Origin: an uncultured cyanobacterium
Lineage (GTDB): Bacteria; Cyanobacteriota; Cyanobacteriia; Cyanobacteriales; Nostocaceae
Assembly (NCBI GenBank): GCA_963740315.1
Contig: CAVUDP010000002.1
Location: 32,001-96,000 of the forward strand
Length of the DNA stretch: 64,000 nucleotides
Reading direction: 5' to 3'
A program made the translations under genes and the position numbers. Positions 21,201 through 32,105 of this stretch are shown piece after piece; the first letter of the stretch is position 1; every line of letters starts with the position of its first letter. The notes under the pieces are model-generated. The model saw only the letters and a program-made list of their open reading frames with translations, ran no database searches and was not told the DNA's origin.

Positions 21201-22340
21201 TTGTCTGTGGCTAATAAAGAAGAAATCGCTTTGGCTTTGGCGCGAACGCCTTTATTTACGGTTGTACAAGAATTGAAAGCGCGGTTTACTAATTTTGGCG
21301 GTTGGGAAATGCCGGTACAGTTTTCCGGTATTACGAAGGAGCATGAGGCTGTCAGAAGCAATGCGGGAATGTTCGATATTTCCCATATGGGGAAGTTTAC
21401 TTTGCAAGGTAAAAATTTAGTTGCTCAACTAAGCCGTTTGGTTCCTTCCGATTTAAGCCGTTTGCAACCAAATCAAGCACAGTACAGCGTTTTATTAAAC
21501 CCCGAAGGTGGGATTATAGATGACATAATTTTTTACTATCAAGGCGAAGAGAATAACGTACAAAAAGGAATTATTATCGTTAACGCCGCTACCACAGCTA
21601 AAGATAAAGCATGGTTGCTGGAACATCTCGATACAAAACAGATAGAATTTGAAGATTTATCCACAGAAAAGGTGTTATTAGCGGTTCAAGGACCATTTGC
21701 GACTGAAATTCTGCAAAAATTTGTAGAAGAAGATTTAACGCCTGTTAAAGCTTACGGTCATTTGGATGCCACAGTACTTGGTAAACCTGCTTTTTTGGCT
21801 CGCACTGGTTACACCGGGGAAGATGGTTTTGAGGTAATGGTAGAACCAAGCGTAGGAATAGAACTTTGGCAAAAATTGATTGAAGCGGGTGTACTTCCTT
21901 GCGGATTGGGTGCCAGAGACACCTTGAGATTAGAAGCCGCGATGGCGCTTTACGGACAAGATATTGATGATACTACCACTCCTTTAGAAGCTGGTTTGGG
22001 CTGGTTAGTTCATTTAGATAGCAAAGGCGATTTCATTGGGCGTGAAGCATTAGAACAGCAAAAAGCCGCCGGAGTTAAACGCAAACTAGTACGCTTGCAA
22101 ATGCAAGGAAGAAACATAGCCCGTCACGGCTACCCAGTATTATCCGCTCTTAAAAAAGTAGGAGAAATCACCAGCGGCACCTTATCCCCAACACTCGGTT
22201 ATCCCATCGCCTTAGCATACGTACCCACAGAACTAGCAAAAGTAGATAATCAATTAGAAATAGAAATTCGCAGCAAAACCTATCCAGCAACTGTAGTCAA
22301 GCGTCCGTTTTATAAATCAACGAGTCGCGTTTCTAAGTGA
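21201..22340 (+). CDS. gcvT: Glycine cleavage system T protein (aminomethyltransferase)
   Basis: FGGWEMPVQF, FDISHMG, RTGYTGEDGFE, GLGARDTLRLEA; GTG at 21207 is a possible start. Confidence 0.97.
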   Translation: MSVANKEEIALALARTPLFTVVQELKARFTNFGGWEMPVQFSGITKEHEAVRSNAGMFDISHMGKFTLQGKNLVAQLSRLVPSDLSRLQPNQAQYSVLLNPEGGIIDDIIFYYQGEENNVQKGIIIVNAATTAKDKAWLLEHLDTKQIEFEDLSTEKVLLAVQGPFATEILQKFVEEDLTPVKAYGHLDATVLGKPAFLARTGYTGEDGFEVMVEPSVGIELWQKLIEAGVLPCGLGARDTLRLEAAMALYGQDIDDTTTPLEAGLGWLVHLDSKGDFIGREALEQQKAAGVKRKLVRLQMQGRNIARHGYPVLSALKKVGEITSGTLSPTLGYPIALAYVPTELAKVDNQLEIEIRSKTYPATVVKRPFYKSTSRVSK

Positions 22341-22459
22341 TGGAGGATCTTTGTAAGAGGGGGTAGAGGGGGTAGAGGGGGAAGAATCAATATTATTCCC
22401 AATTACCAATTACTAATCTAAAATCTAAAATCTAAAATCCAAAATCGAAAGGAGATAAC

Positions 22460-22849
22460 ATGGCTTTTGAATATCCAGAAGATTTAAAATACTTAGATAG
22501 TCACGAATACGTGCGTCTTGAAGGTGAAAATGCCTCGATTGGAATTAGTGCTTTTGCGATCGATCAATTGGGAGATATCGTATTTTTAGAATTACCAGGA
22601 GTTGGCGATACTGTAACTAAAGGAGAAACTTTTGGAACGGTTGAATCGGTGAAAGCTGTAGAAGACTTGAATTCTCCCGTAACTGGTACCGTCACCGAAT
22701 GTAACGATCCGATGATGGATGCTCCCGAAAAATTAGCCGACGATCCTTACGGTAAAGGATGGTTAATAAAAGTCAAAGTCGAAAACCCCGGCGATATTGA
22801 TGACGCAATGAGCGCGAAAGAGTATAAAAGCAAGGTGGAAGGGGAGTAG
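22460..22849 (+). CDS. gcvH: Glycine cleavage system H protein
   Basis: [10 protein letters not shown], lipoyl motif VESVKAV, DPYGKGW; SD AAGGAG upstream. Confidence 0.97.
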   Translation: MAFEYPEDLKYLDSHEYVRLEGENASIGISAFAIDQLGDIVFLELPGVGDTVTKGETFGTVESVKAVEDLNSPVTGTVTECNDPMMDAPEKLADDPYGKGWLIKVKVENPGDIDDAMSAKEYKSKVEGE

Positions 22850-23115
22850 AAGAGAGGGGGGAGAGGGGGAGATGGGGGGATGGGGAGATGGGGGGATGGG
22901 GGGATGGGGGGAGATGGGGGGAGAGGGGGTAGAGGGGGTAGAGGGGGGAGAGGGGGTAGAGGGGGTAGAAAAATAAATAATAAAAAACTCCTAACTCCTA
23001 ACTCCTAACTCCTAACTCCTAACTCGCTACTCCCTACTCCCTACTCCCTACTCCCTACTCCCTACTCCCTACTCCTAATTATCAATGCCCAACAACTAAC
23101 AACTAACAACTAACT
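22850..23115. repeat. STRR arrays between gcvH and gcvP (G-rich tract, then CTCCTAA/TACTCCC/AACTAAC)
   Basis: Tandem 7-9-mers seen directly. Confidence 0.85.
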
Positions 23116-23155
23116 CTTATTCCCAGAATTGTTGCAGAATATTAAGTAGTAACGT

Positions 23156-26080
23156 GTGGAGAGTAATCGGTTAGTGGTAATTTACGCCCCTCGTACCTCG
23201 TCTAATGGTAATGAGCAAATGCTGGCAACTGAAGGTGAATCTTTGACTTCTTTTGCACAGAGACATATTGGACCGTGTTCCGATGATGTGGCACAAATGT
23301 TGAAGATTTTGGGTTTTGATAGCCTGGATGATTTAATTGATAAAGCGGTTCCGCAAACGATTCGTACTGATGGTAGTTTGAAGTTACCGTCAGCTTTGAG
23401 CGAATATGCGGCGATCGCTAAGTTAAAGGAAATTGCGGAACAAAATCAGGTTTTTCGTTCGTTTATCGGTATGGGGTATTATGACAGTATTACTCCGGCG
23501 GTTATCCAAAGAAATATTTTGGAAAATCCCGGTTGGTATACTGCTTATACTCCTTATCAACCAGAAATTGCTCAAGGAAGACTTGAGGCTTTGTTGAATT
23601 TCCAAACTTTGATCGTTGATTTAACGGGTTTGGAAATTGCTAATGCTTCGCTGCTTGATGAAGCGACTGCTGCTGCGGAAGCAATGAGTATGAGTTATGG
23701 TGCTTGCAAGAATAAAGCAGACACTTTCTTTGTTTCTCAAGAATGCCATCCCCAAACAATCGCCGTGTTGCAGACACGGGCAGAACCTTTGGGAATTAAG
23801 ATTGTTGTTGGAAACCACGAAACGTTTGATTTTACTCAAGCGATTTTTGGGGCTATTGTTCAATACCCGGCAACCGATGGCGCGATTTACGATTATCGCG
23901 ATTTTATCGAAAAAGTGCATGATTTGGGAGCTTTGGTAACGGTAGCTGCCGATCCTTTGAGCTTAACTTTGTTAACGCCACCGGGGGAATTGGGCGCTGA
24001 TATTGCGATCGGTAGTACTCAACGCTTCGGTATTCCGTTGGGGTTTGGGGGACCTCATGCGGCGTATTTTGCAACGAAGGAGAAGTACAAACGCCAGGTG
24101 CCCGGAAGGATTGTTGGTTTATCTAAGGATGTTCAAGGTAAACCTGCATTGCGTTTGGCACTGCAAACCCGCGAACAGCACATTCGCCGCGAAAAAGCAA
24201 CTAGTAATATTTGTACCGCACAGGTATTATTAGCAGTGATGGCGAGTATGTATGCGGTTTATCATGGCCCAGATGGAATTAAGAAGATTGCTCAAAATAT
24301 TCATTCTTTAACTGCTAAATTAGCCCAAGGGTTAAAGCAGCTTGATTACAGCATTGAAAATGAATATTTCTTCGATACCCTGCGAGTTAATTTAGGAAGT
24401 CGCACTCAAGAAGAGATTTTAAAAGGTTGTCAAGCCAAGAAAATCAATCTTCGCATTTTCGATGATAATACCGTAGGAATTTCCTTAGATGAAACCACCA
24501 CGGAAGCAGATGTAGAAGATTTACTAGAGATTTTCTCTTTAGAACAAAAATTAACTTTCTCCTGGGAAGAGTTAGAAAATCCAAAATCTAAAATCCAAAA
24601 TCCAAAATTCCTCAGAAAAACCGACTTCCTAACTCACCCAGTATTCAACCGCTACCATTCGGAAACGGAATTATTGCGCTATCTGCATCAACTCGAAGCC
24701 AAAGATTTATCCTTGACAACATCAATGATTCCTTTGGGTTCCTGTACGATGAAGCTCAACGCAACTGCGGAAATGATACCCGTAAGTTGGGCGGAATTTG
24801 GTAAAATTCACCCGTTTGCTCCGCTGTCACAAGTGCGGGGTTATTCGCTTTTATTTGAACAACTTGAGAAATGGTTGGGAGAAATAACGGGTTTTGCGGG
24901 AATCTCTTTGCAGCCAAACGCTGGCTCTCAAGGCGAATATGCAGGGCTTTTATCGATTCGGAGATATCACGAAAGCCGATCCGAAGCACATCGCAATATC
25001 TGCTTAATTCCTAACTCTGCTCACGGTACAAACCCGGCGAGTGCGGTAATGTGCGGTATGAAAGTTGTTGCAGTAGCTTGCGACACGGAAGGTAACATTG
25101 ATATCAACGACTTGAAAGAAAAAGCGCAAAAACACGCAGATAAACTTGCGGCTTTGATGGTGACATATCCTTCAACTCACGGCGTATTTGAAGAAGGAAT
25201 CAAAGAAATTTGTCAAATCGTGCATACCCACGGCGGACAAGTTTACATGGATGGCGCAAATATGAACGCCCAAGTGGGAATTTGTCGTCCCGGTGATTTT
25301 GGTGCAGACGTGTGTCACCTGAATTTACACAAAACCTTCTGTATCCCCCACGGTGGCGGCGGTCCGGGCATGGGACCAATTGGCGTAGCCGCTCATTTAA
25401 TACCGTTTTTACCCGGAAATCCGGTGATTGCTGACTCAAATGGTTCGGTTTCCGCCGCACCTTGGGGTAGTGCCAGTATTTTAACGATTTCCTGGATGTA
25501 TATCGCCATGATGGGCGCGGATGGTTTAACTGAAGCAACCAAGATTGCTATTTTGAACGCCAACTACATGGCGAAAAAGTTAGAAAAACACTATCCCGTG
25601 TTGTATGCAGGCAAAAATGGCTTAGTAGCTCACGAATGCATCTTAGATTTGCGATCGCTAAAAAAATCGGCGAATATCGAAATTGATGATATCGCCAAAC
25701 GCTTGATGGATTATGGATTCCACGCTCCTACAGTATCGTGGCCCGTAGCAGGTACAGTAATGGTAGAACCAACCGAAAGCGAATCCCTTGAGGAATTAGA
25801 TAGATTCTGCGATGCGATGATTTCCATCCGCGAGGAAGTCGCCGAAATCGAAGCAGGAAAAGTGGATGCTCAAGATAATGTTTTGAAGGGCGCACCACAC
25901 ACCGCCGAAAGTTTAATAGTAGGTGAATGGAATCATCCGTACACCCGCGAACAAGCCGCTTACCCCGCACCGTGGACGCGAGAACATAAATTCTGGGTTG
26001 CTGTAGGGCGCATTGACGCAGCCTTTGGCGATCGCAATTTAATTTGTTCTTGCCCTTCCATGTCCGAATATTCCGAATAA
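23156..26080 (+). CDS. gcvP: Glycine dehydrogenase (decarboxylating), P protein
   Basis: [32 protein letters not shown] motif [17 protein letters not shown]. Confidence 0.98.
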   Translation: MESNRLVVIYAPRTSSNGNEQMLATEGESLTSFAQRHIGPCSDDVAQMLKILGFDSLDDLIDKAVPQTIRTDGSLKLPSALSEYAAIAKLKEIAEQNQVFRSFIGMGYYDSITPAVIQRNILENPGWYTAYTPYQPEIAQGRLEALLNFQTLIVDLTGLEIANASLLDEATAAAEAMSMSYGACKNKADTFFVSQECHPQTIAVLQTRAEPLGIKIVVGNHETFDFTQAIFGAIVQYPATDGAIYDYRDFIEKVHDLGALVTVAADPLSLTLLTPPGELGADIAIGSTQRFGIPLGFGGPHAAYFATKEKYKRQVPGRIVGLSKDVQGKPALRLALQTREQHIRREKATSNICTAQVLLAVMASMYAVYHGPDGIKKIAQNIHSLTAKLAQGLKQLDYSIENEYFFDTLRVNLGSRTQEEILKGCQAKKINLRIFDDNTVGISLDETTTEADVEDLLEIFSLEQKLTFSWEELENPKSKIQNPKFLRKTDFLTHPVFNRYHSETELLRYLHQLEAKDLSLTTSMIPLGSCTMKLNATAEMIPVSWAEFGKIHPFAPLSQVRGYSLLFEQLEKWLGEITGFAGISLQPNAGSQGEYAGLLSIRRYHESRSEAHRNICLIPNSAHGTNPASAVMCGMKVVAVACDTEGNIDINDLKEKAQKHADKLAALMVTYPSTHGVFEEGIKEICQIVHTHGGQVYMDGANMNAQVGICRPGDFGADVCHLNLHKTFCIPHGGGGPGMGPIGVAAHLIPFLPGNPVIADSNGSVSAAPWGSASILTISWMYIAMMGADGLTEATKIAILNANYMAKKLEKHYPVLYAGKNGLVAHECILDLRSLKKSANIEIDDIAKRLMDYGFHAPTVSWPVAGTVMVEPTESESLEELDRFCDAMISIREEVAEIEAGKVDAQDNVLKGAPHTAESLIVGEWNHPYTREQAAYPAPWTREHKFWVAVGRIDAAFGDRNLICSCPSMSEYSE

Positions 26081-26092
26081 ACCCACCTTGTT

Positions 26093-26236
26093 GTAGAGAC
26101 GTAGCACTGCTACGTCTCCAACAATGCGAAATCATCACCTGACATTTTATTAGGTTACGTTTAATTAATTATCAGTACCGCTGGATTTTTTGTAAAAACC
26201 GACATATGAAAAGACGTAGCAGTGCTACGTCTCTAC
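26093..26236. repeat. GTAG-type REP doublet (REPIN-like), GTAGAGACGTAGCACTGCTACGTCTC
   Basis: Inverted pair at 26093..26118 and 26212..26236 between convergent genes; other copies at 36356, 41642/41742, 55293 and 63856. Confidence 0.85.
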
Positions 26237-26257
26237 AATTATAAATCCACAAAAAAT

Positions 26258-27097
26258 CTAAACCAACCAATTCCTAATTTTTGCAGAAGCCAAATCAATA
26301 AGACTTGTAGCTGATATCAAAATAATCAAAATCGCACAAACTTTTTGATATTCAAAAGATCCAAAACTTTGATATAAAGAAACACCAATACCACCAGCGC
26401 CGACAATTCCTAATACAGAAGCAGAGCGTACATTGGCTTCAAAACGATATAAAGTAAAAGAAGTCCACAAAGGAATAACTTGAGGAATTACCCCGTAAAT
26501 CACTTCTTGTATTTTACTCGCACCCGTGGCGCGAATTCCTTCTACAGGACCAGGTTCGATCGCTTCAACGACTTCGGAAAATAATTTACCCAAAGTTCCA
26601 GCGGTGTGCAGAAATAATGCTAAAACACCCGCAAAAGGTCCCAAACCGACGGCGACTATAAATATAAGTGCAAATACTAATTCGTTAATAGTACGCATCG
26701 CATCTAAAACACGGCGCGTTGGCTGAACTACCCAAACTGGAAAAATATTATTTGATGCCAAAATTGAAAGAGGAATTGCCGCAACAGCCGCTAATAAAGT
26801 TCCCCAAATTCCCATTGCAATGGTGATCAGTGTATCTTCTAAATAAACTTTCCAATAAGTAAAATCTGGTGGAAAATATTGGGGAATATATTTAGCTATT
26901 CTATTAATACGTTGAGGATCGAGAAATAATAAAAAATTTAGTTCGCTTTGTAAGGCTGATAAAAATAAAATTACAACGATCGCAATTAGAAAGAAAATTC
27001 TAGTATTAGTTACTAGTTTTGCTTCTCGCTCTAACATTGCTGCTACAGCAGGAGAAGTATTCATATTTTTAGAAAAATTTGATTTTGGTTGGCTCAT
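26258..27097 (-). CDS. phnE: Phosphonate ABC transporter permease
   Basis: AVGLGPFAGVLAL, EGIRATGA, YRFEANVRSASVLGIVGAGGIG. Confidence 0.93.
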   Translation of the reverse strand: MSQPKSNFSKNMNTSPAVAAMLEREAKLVTNTRIFFLIAIVVILFLSALQSELNFLLFLDPQRINRIAKYIPQYFPPDFTYWKVYLEDTLITIAMGIWGTLLAAVAAIPLSILASNNIFPVWVVQPTRRVLDAMRTINELVFALIFIVAVGLGPFAGVLALFLHTAGTLGKLFSEVVEAIEPGPVEGIRATGASKIQEVIYGVIPQVIPLWTSFTLYRFEANVRSASVLGIVGAGGIGVSLYQSFGSFEYQKVCAILIILISATSLIDLASAKIRNWLV

Positions 27098-27290
27098 TAC
27101 GGATGAAAATAGATTAAGCGAATGATTTAGAAGGTAATTATTAAGTAGTCTGTAATAAATTAGTACAGACGGGCGTAAGTCAGGTACCCATATAATCTCC
27201 GGTTGAGAAGTCGGGTTTTTATAAAATTTGCAAGTGTATTACAGATACGTATTCTAAAAACCCGACTTCTGAGCATTAAAAAATTAGAAA

Positions 27291-28301
27291 TTAGTTCTTG
27301 ATTTCCTGGAGTTGATTATCAAGTTCTGCAAGTTGCTTTTTCTTTTCTTCTTCTTTCAAATTTTCGTTTGATTCAACTTCTGATTTTTTCTTAGCAATTT
27401 CAAGTTCGCGAATTGTATCCCAAGTTTTATCTTCTGCGGTAACAAATCCTTGCCATCCTAATGGCTTGAGAACTTTTTCATCTTTATAGTTGTAGAAGAA
27501 GTCTTGAATTTTATTCTTGAGTTCGGAGGGTAAATCTTTGCGGTATGCGATCGGATCGCTAGGAATAAGAACTGATGTCCAGATTACTTCGATATTCTTG
27601 CGGGTTTCGGGGTTGTTTTTTTCTAATCGAGATAAAGATTCGCTGTTGTTGGTAGCAACATCTACTTGATTGTTGGCTACAGCTGATGCGGTTGCTTCGT
27701 GATTACCTGCAAATATTAAACGCTTAAAGGCAGCTTTCGGATTAACGTTATTTTTAGCAAATACATAAAAGCTGGGAACTAAAAAACCAGAAGTGGAGTT
27801 TGGTTCGTTAAATGCAAAGGTGAGTTTTTTCGCATTCTTGATTACATATTCATCACCTTTGTTTTCTCCTAATGCTTTAGCTTCAGCAGCTATAGGATTA
27901 TCTTTGTTAACAATTAGGTGAGACGTGTAACCCGTTGTTCCATCATGGTTAACAACTTGAGCAAATACTTCAGCGTTGGATCTTTTCGCAGCTTCAACGT
28001 AGGATTTACCACCGTACCAAGCCATTTGAACGTCACCAGCAGCCATCGCTTCTATGACACCAGAATATTGAGTAACGTAGAAAGGCTTTATGGGAACCCC
28101 AATTTGTTTTTCCATTTCTTTAATGAAAGGTTCCCATGCTGGCTTTTGATTAAGCTGGGATTCCATAGAAACGATGCCAAATTTTATTTCCTTTATCTCT
28201 TTATTTTGGCTATTGTTAGCACTGCAAGCAGCGATAAATACGGTACCACTCAAAGCTAGCGCAAACAAACTAATACGTTTAATCAAATAACGTCTCTTCA
28301 T
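27291..28301 (-). CDS. phnD: Phosphonate ABC transporter substrate-binding lipoprotein
   Basis: Lipobox IAAC, STSGFLVP, GNHEA, DVATNN, IPSDPIAYRKDL. Confidence 0.93.
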   Translation of the reverse strand: MKRRYLIKRISLFALALSGTVFIAACSANNSQNKEIKEIKFGIVSMESQLNQKPAWEPFIKEMEKQIGVPIKPFYVTQYSGVIEAMAAGDVQMAWYGGKSYVEAAKRSNAEVFAQVVNHDGTTGYTSHLIVNKDNPIAAEAKALGENKGDEYVIKNAKKLTFAFNEPNSTSGFLVPSFYVFAKNNVNPKAAFKRLIFAGNHEATASAVANNQVDVATNNSESLSRLEKNNPETRKNIEVIWTSVLIPSDPIAYRKDLPSELKNKIQDFFYNYKDEKVLKPLGWQGFVTAEDKTWDTIRELEIAKKKSEVESNENLKEEEKKKQLAELDNQLQEIKN

Positions 28302-28358
28302 TGTTATTTCTGGTAGATAAGTATATAAAGCAATAAAACTATTTCATTCGGACAAAGA

Positions 28359-29195
28359 TTATACTAACTCGCCATGTCCTTTCATAACTATTTCTTCTGC
28401 TGCTGCACCATAAATTTCTTCGAGCTTGGCGTTATTTAGTTCTACGGTTGCACCATCAAACATTACTGTACCAGTTCTTAGGGCAATTACACGATTAAAA
28501 TAACTACGTACCACTTGAATTTGATGTAAAGAAGTTACTACTGTAATTCCATTTTGTCGATTTAGTTCAACTAGTAATTCCATTACTTTACGGGAAGATT
28601 CTGGATCTAAAGAAGCGATCGGTTCATCTGCAAGAATGATTTTGGCACCTTGTACCAAACAACGTGCGATCGCCACTCGCTGTTGTTGTCCACCTGATAG
28701 CATGGAAGCCCGTTGGTAAGCTTGTTCGAGGATTCCGACTCGTTCGAGTGCTGCTAAAGCTTGCAGTTTTTGTTCTTGGGTAAATAGATGAAGCATTGAG
28801 CGGAAGACAGACAATCGCGACAGATTACCAATAAGAACGTTTTCAATTACCGTTAGGCGATTTACTAAATTAAACTGCTGAAAAATGCAGCCAATCTGAC
28901 TTCGTAAAAACCTAATTTTTGAATGATTTCGTCCATCGGTTTGTAAAGCTGTGCCAAAGATCGCCACACTACCCGAATCCCCCGACAGCAAACCATTCAT
29001 ATGGCGCAATAACGTAGATTTTCCCGAACCAGAAGCACCAACAAGGGCAACCATTTCACCCTCTTTAATAGTGCAGAATACGTTTTTGAGTGCGGGTTTA
29101 CTTTTAAAACTTTTCGACAAATCAGTAACTTCGATCGCAACCGTAGGAGTCATTTTTCGCAATTTAAATGTATTAGACTGAGAAATCGCCACCAA
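28359..29195 (-). CDS. phnC: Phosphonate ABC transporter ATP-binding protein
   Basis: GASGSGKST, IFQQFNLV, LSGGQQQRV, ADEPIASLDP. Confidence 0.93.
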   Translation of the reverse strand: MVAISQSNTFKLRKMTPTVAIEVTDLSKSFKSKPALKNVFCTIKEGEMVALVGASGSGKSTLLRHMNGLLSGDSGSVAIFGTALQTDGRNHSKIRFLRSQIGCIFQQFNLVNRLTVIENVLIGNLSRLSVFRSMLHLFTQEQKLQALAALERVGILEQAYQRASMLSGGQQQRVAIARCLVQGAKIILADEPIASLDPESSRKVMELLVELNRQNGITVVTSLHQIQVVRSYFNRVIALRTGTVMFDGATVELNNAKLEEIYGAAAEEIVMKGHGELV

Positions 29196-30045
29196 CTAAG
29201 TATTAGTCTAAGGCTGCAATTGTGTCTGTAGAGCAGGTAAAGTTACTTCATTATCATGCCATTAATTTGTATTTATAACTCTTGAGATTATACTATAGCT
29301 GTTATATCCATCACAACTTAATGTTTATTGATTAAAAATAAATTATCTTCTATAAATTAGGTAGTTAATTTTTTTCAAGATGATACATAACTCCGGAATA
29401 TAACAAAGAGAGAAAACTCGGTCGTAATTAAGAATAAATGAATATCTATTCAAATCAAATATTAATTGTTAATTATATAGCTTATTTAGATCGGGGTATA
29501 TATAGCTAGGTATATTATTAATGCTTTATTTACTAAATAAATTGAATTCAAAATAAAGCACCTCAAAATAAGAAGATTTTTTGATTTATTTAATCTAATG
29601 TTCTCGAACATACACCCAAAGATAAGTGATATCTGTTAGATTCAGTACAGATAACTCAAAGAAGGAATTGAACGAACAAGCTTGGATAAGCAGTAAACCC
29701 TTGTAAAGCGAACGACTCCAAGATGAGTTAGAAATTTTAAGTATGCGATCGGAGGGGGAGTCCAAATTTATTAAGGGTAAATACACTCAATCGGTAAACG
29801 TTTTTGCGTCAGTAGTTTTGAGAAGTAAGTAAGCATTTACTAATCTCTATAGTTTTTAACGCCATTTCTATGAAAAGACAACGGTGTTAAATGAACGGGA
29901 ATAGACTTGGACGCAGAGAAGGCGGCTTCTTGACTAATTACCGACGCTATTCCCGACATGAATCTGCTTGCAATTAAATATCAATCGGGAGTCGAATCGG
30001 ATTGAGATTCTCTACACCGCAAAAAAACTTCCCTAAATACTAATA

Positions 30046-30055
30046 GTGTGAGGAG
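30046..30055 (+). promoter_or_regulatory. Yfr1 sRNA-complementary site GTGTGAGGAG overlapping the SD of the porin gene
   Basis: Complement of the conserved Yfr1 motif (A)CUCCUCACAC, 10 nt before ATG 30066. Confidence 0.7.
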
Positions 30056-30065
30056 AAAAATTCGC

Positions 30066-31641
30066 ATGGCAAAGCTTTTCTTCAACGTATTGAAGCTAAG
30101 TCCAGTTGTTTTAGCTGCTACATTTTTCGTTTCTAACGGTGCTTTCGCATGCTGAAAAGATTACCTCTGTTGATGAATTAGCGCAGGTAACTTCTGTTTC
30201 TCAGTTGTCTGATGTTCAGCCTTCCGACTGGGCTTTCCAATCTGTTCAATCCTTGGTTGAACGTTATGGATGTATTGCTGGTTATCCCGATGGAACTTTC
30301 AAGGGTAGCCGCGCTTTAACTCGTTATGAATTTGCTGCTGGTTTAAATGCTTGTTTAGAGCGCATTACTCAGTTAATCGCTGCTAGCGGTAACACAACCG
30401 TATCTACTACAGATATGGCTACCGTTAACAAGCTACGTGAAGAGTTTGAAGGTGAATTGGCTACTTTACGCGGTAAAGTTGACACTTTAGAATACCGCAC
30501 TGAAGAACTAGAATCCAACCAGTTCTCTACCACTGCTAAGTTAAGTGGTGAAGCAATCTTCGCAGCTTCTGGCGCTTTTGGTGATAAGAAAGCTGGTAGC
30601 ACTACCGAAGACGTAGAAGACAATGTAATCTTGTCTAACCGCGTTCGTTTAACTTTGGATACCAGTTTCACTGGTAAAGACAAGTTGAGAGTTCGTTTGC
30701 AGGCTCGCAACACTCCTAAGTTTAGTGAAGCAACAGGCACCAACATGGCTCGCTTGGGCTTTGATGATAGCACTGTTGATACCGACGGAACTCAACGATT
30801 TGAACTCGACGAATTAAACTACAGCTTCAAGCCTGCAAAGAACCTTAGCATTAAAATTGATGCTAATGCTGGTGAAAGTAACGACAACTTGAACGTATTC
30901 AACCCTGTATTCGAGAGCAGTGGTGGTGGTGCTATCTCGCGTTACGGACGTTTCAATCCTATTTATCGCGTAGCTAGTGGTGATGCTGGTGTTACCGCTA
31001 TTTATGGTAGCAAAAACTCTCCTATTGCTGTGAGTGCTGCTTATTTTACTGATGCTCCAAACAGCACTACAAACGGTATTTTTGATGGTAGTCAGGCATA
31101 CTTGGGTCAGATAGACTTCAAGCCTAGCGACAAGTTGAACGTTGGTTTAACCTACGTTCGCAGCAATCAACCTACTGGTTCTGTTAATATTACCGGAAGC
31201 ACGGGTAGCGGCAATTCCAGAAGACCTTTTGGTAATAATGCTACCAATTCTAATCACTACGGCGTACAGGCTAGCTACAAGCTCAGTAAGAATACCACTC
31301 TTGCTGGTTGGTACGGTTTCGCTGATGCAAGCCGCAAAGACGGTACCGATGGTAGCGCAGACATCAGCTACTGGGCTGCTACTTTAGGTGTCAAAGACTT
31401 TGGTAAAAAGGGTAACACCTTGGGTCTGATCTTCGGTCAGCCCCCCAAAGTAACTGATGGTAGCGGAACTTTCAACGATGATAACCAAGGCACTTCTTAC
31501 CACTTGGAAGGTCTTTACAAGATGAAGATTAACGACAGAATTGCCGTTACTCCTGGCTTGTTGGTTATCTTCAACCCCGAACATAATAACGATAACGACA
31601 CCGTTTATGTTGGTACATTACGTACTACCTTCAAGTTCTAA
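30066..31641 (+). CDS. Cyanobacterial SLH-domain/OprB-type outer-membrane porin; +1 frameshift at ~30150 (pseudogene or sequence error)
   Basis: Signal peptide MAKLFFNVLKLSPVVLAA...AFA from 30066; QVTSVSQLSDVQP, SLVERYGCIAGYP and C-terminal GTLRTTFKF are in the shifted frame. Confidence 0.88.
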
Positions 31642-31657
31642 TTGAAGTAGTCTAACC

Positions 31658-31688
31658 TAGAGGTGCGGCGCTGCCGTGCCTCTATTTT
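31658..31688 (+). terminator. Intrinsic terminator of the porin gene
   Basis: TAGAGGTGCGG-loop-CCGTGCCTCTA followed by TTTT. Confidence 0.75.
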
Positions 31689-32029
31689 ACGAAGATAAAC
31701 TCGATCGCACTCCAAGTTTAAATTTTTACCTCAATTCTTAAAACGTGCAATACAAATTATCTCTTGAGAGATGGTTTTTATTCCACCACGAAAGTAGATG
31801 TATTGTTTTGAGTGAATTCCAACATTTAATTAAAATTAGAATTTTTTACAAGTTTTACTGCTTAATAAGTAGCCACAAGTATGGGACACAAAATAGTTCG
31901 TTTCAAACTGTGTCCGAATTTTCTTCTCACTCACACGGTATTGGCATCAGGGATTATCCCTTTCATGCCTTTTTTCTTATTGAAAATTCTTTGACGAAAG
32001 ATTAAGGGAGTGAGGAGAGGGAAGAGGAA

Positions 32030-32087
32030 GTTTGTAGTAAGGGCTTTAGCCCTAAATCCGGAGGCGCTGAAGCGCTTACTACGAACC
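32030..32087. repeat. GTAG-type REP doublet, family B (GTAGTAAGGGCTTTAGCCC...CTTACTACGAACC)
   Basis: Related copies at 36939..36997 and 44335..44377. Confidence 0.8.
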
Positions 32088-32105
32088 TTATTAATTACTA
32101 ATTGC

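Noticed and set aside
29200..29600. Pho box upstream of phnC
   Set aside because: Only weak TTAA-like matches in very AT-rich DNA, with no clear 11-bp periodic triple
29595..32005. ORFs 29595..29786(-) and 31745..32005(+)
   Set aside because: No recognisable motifs and weak starts; probably non-coding
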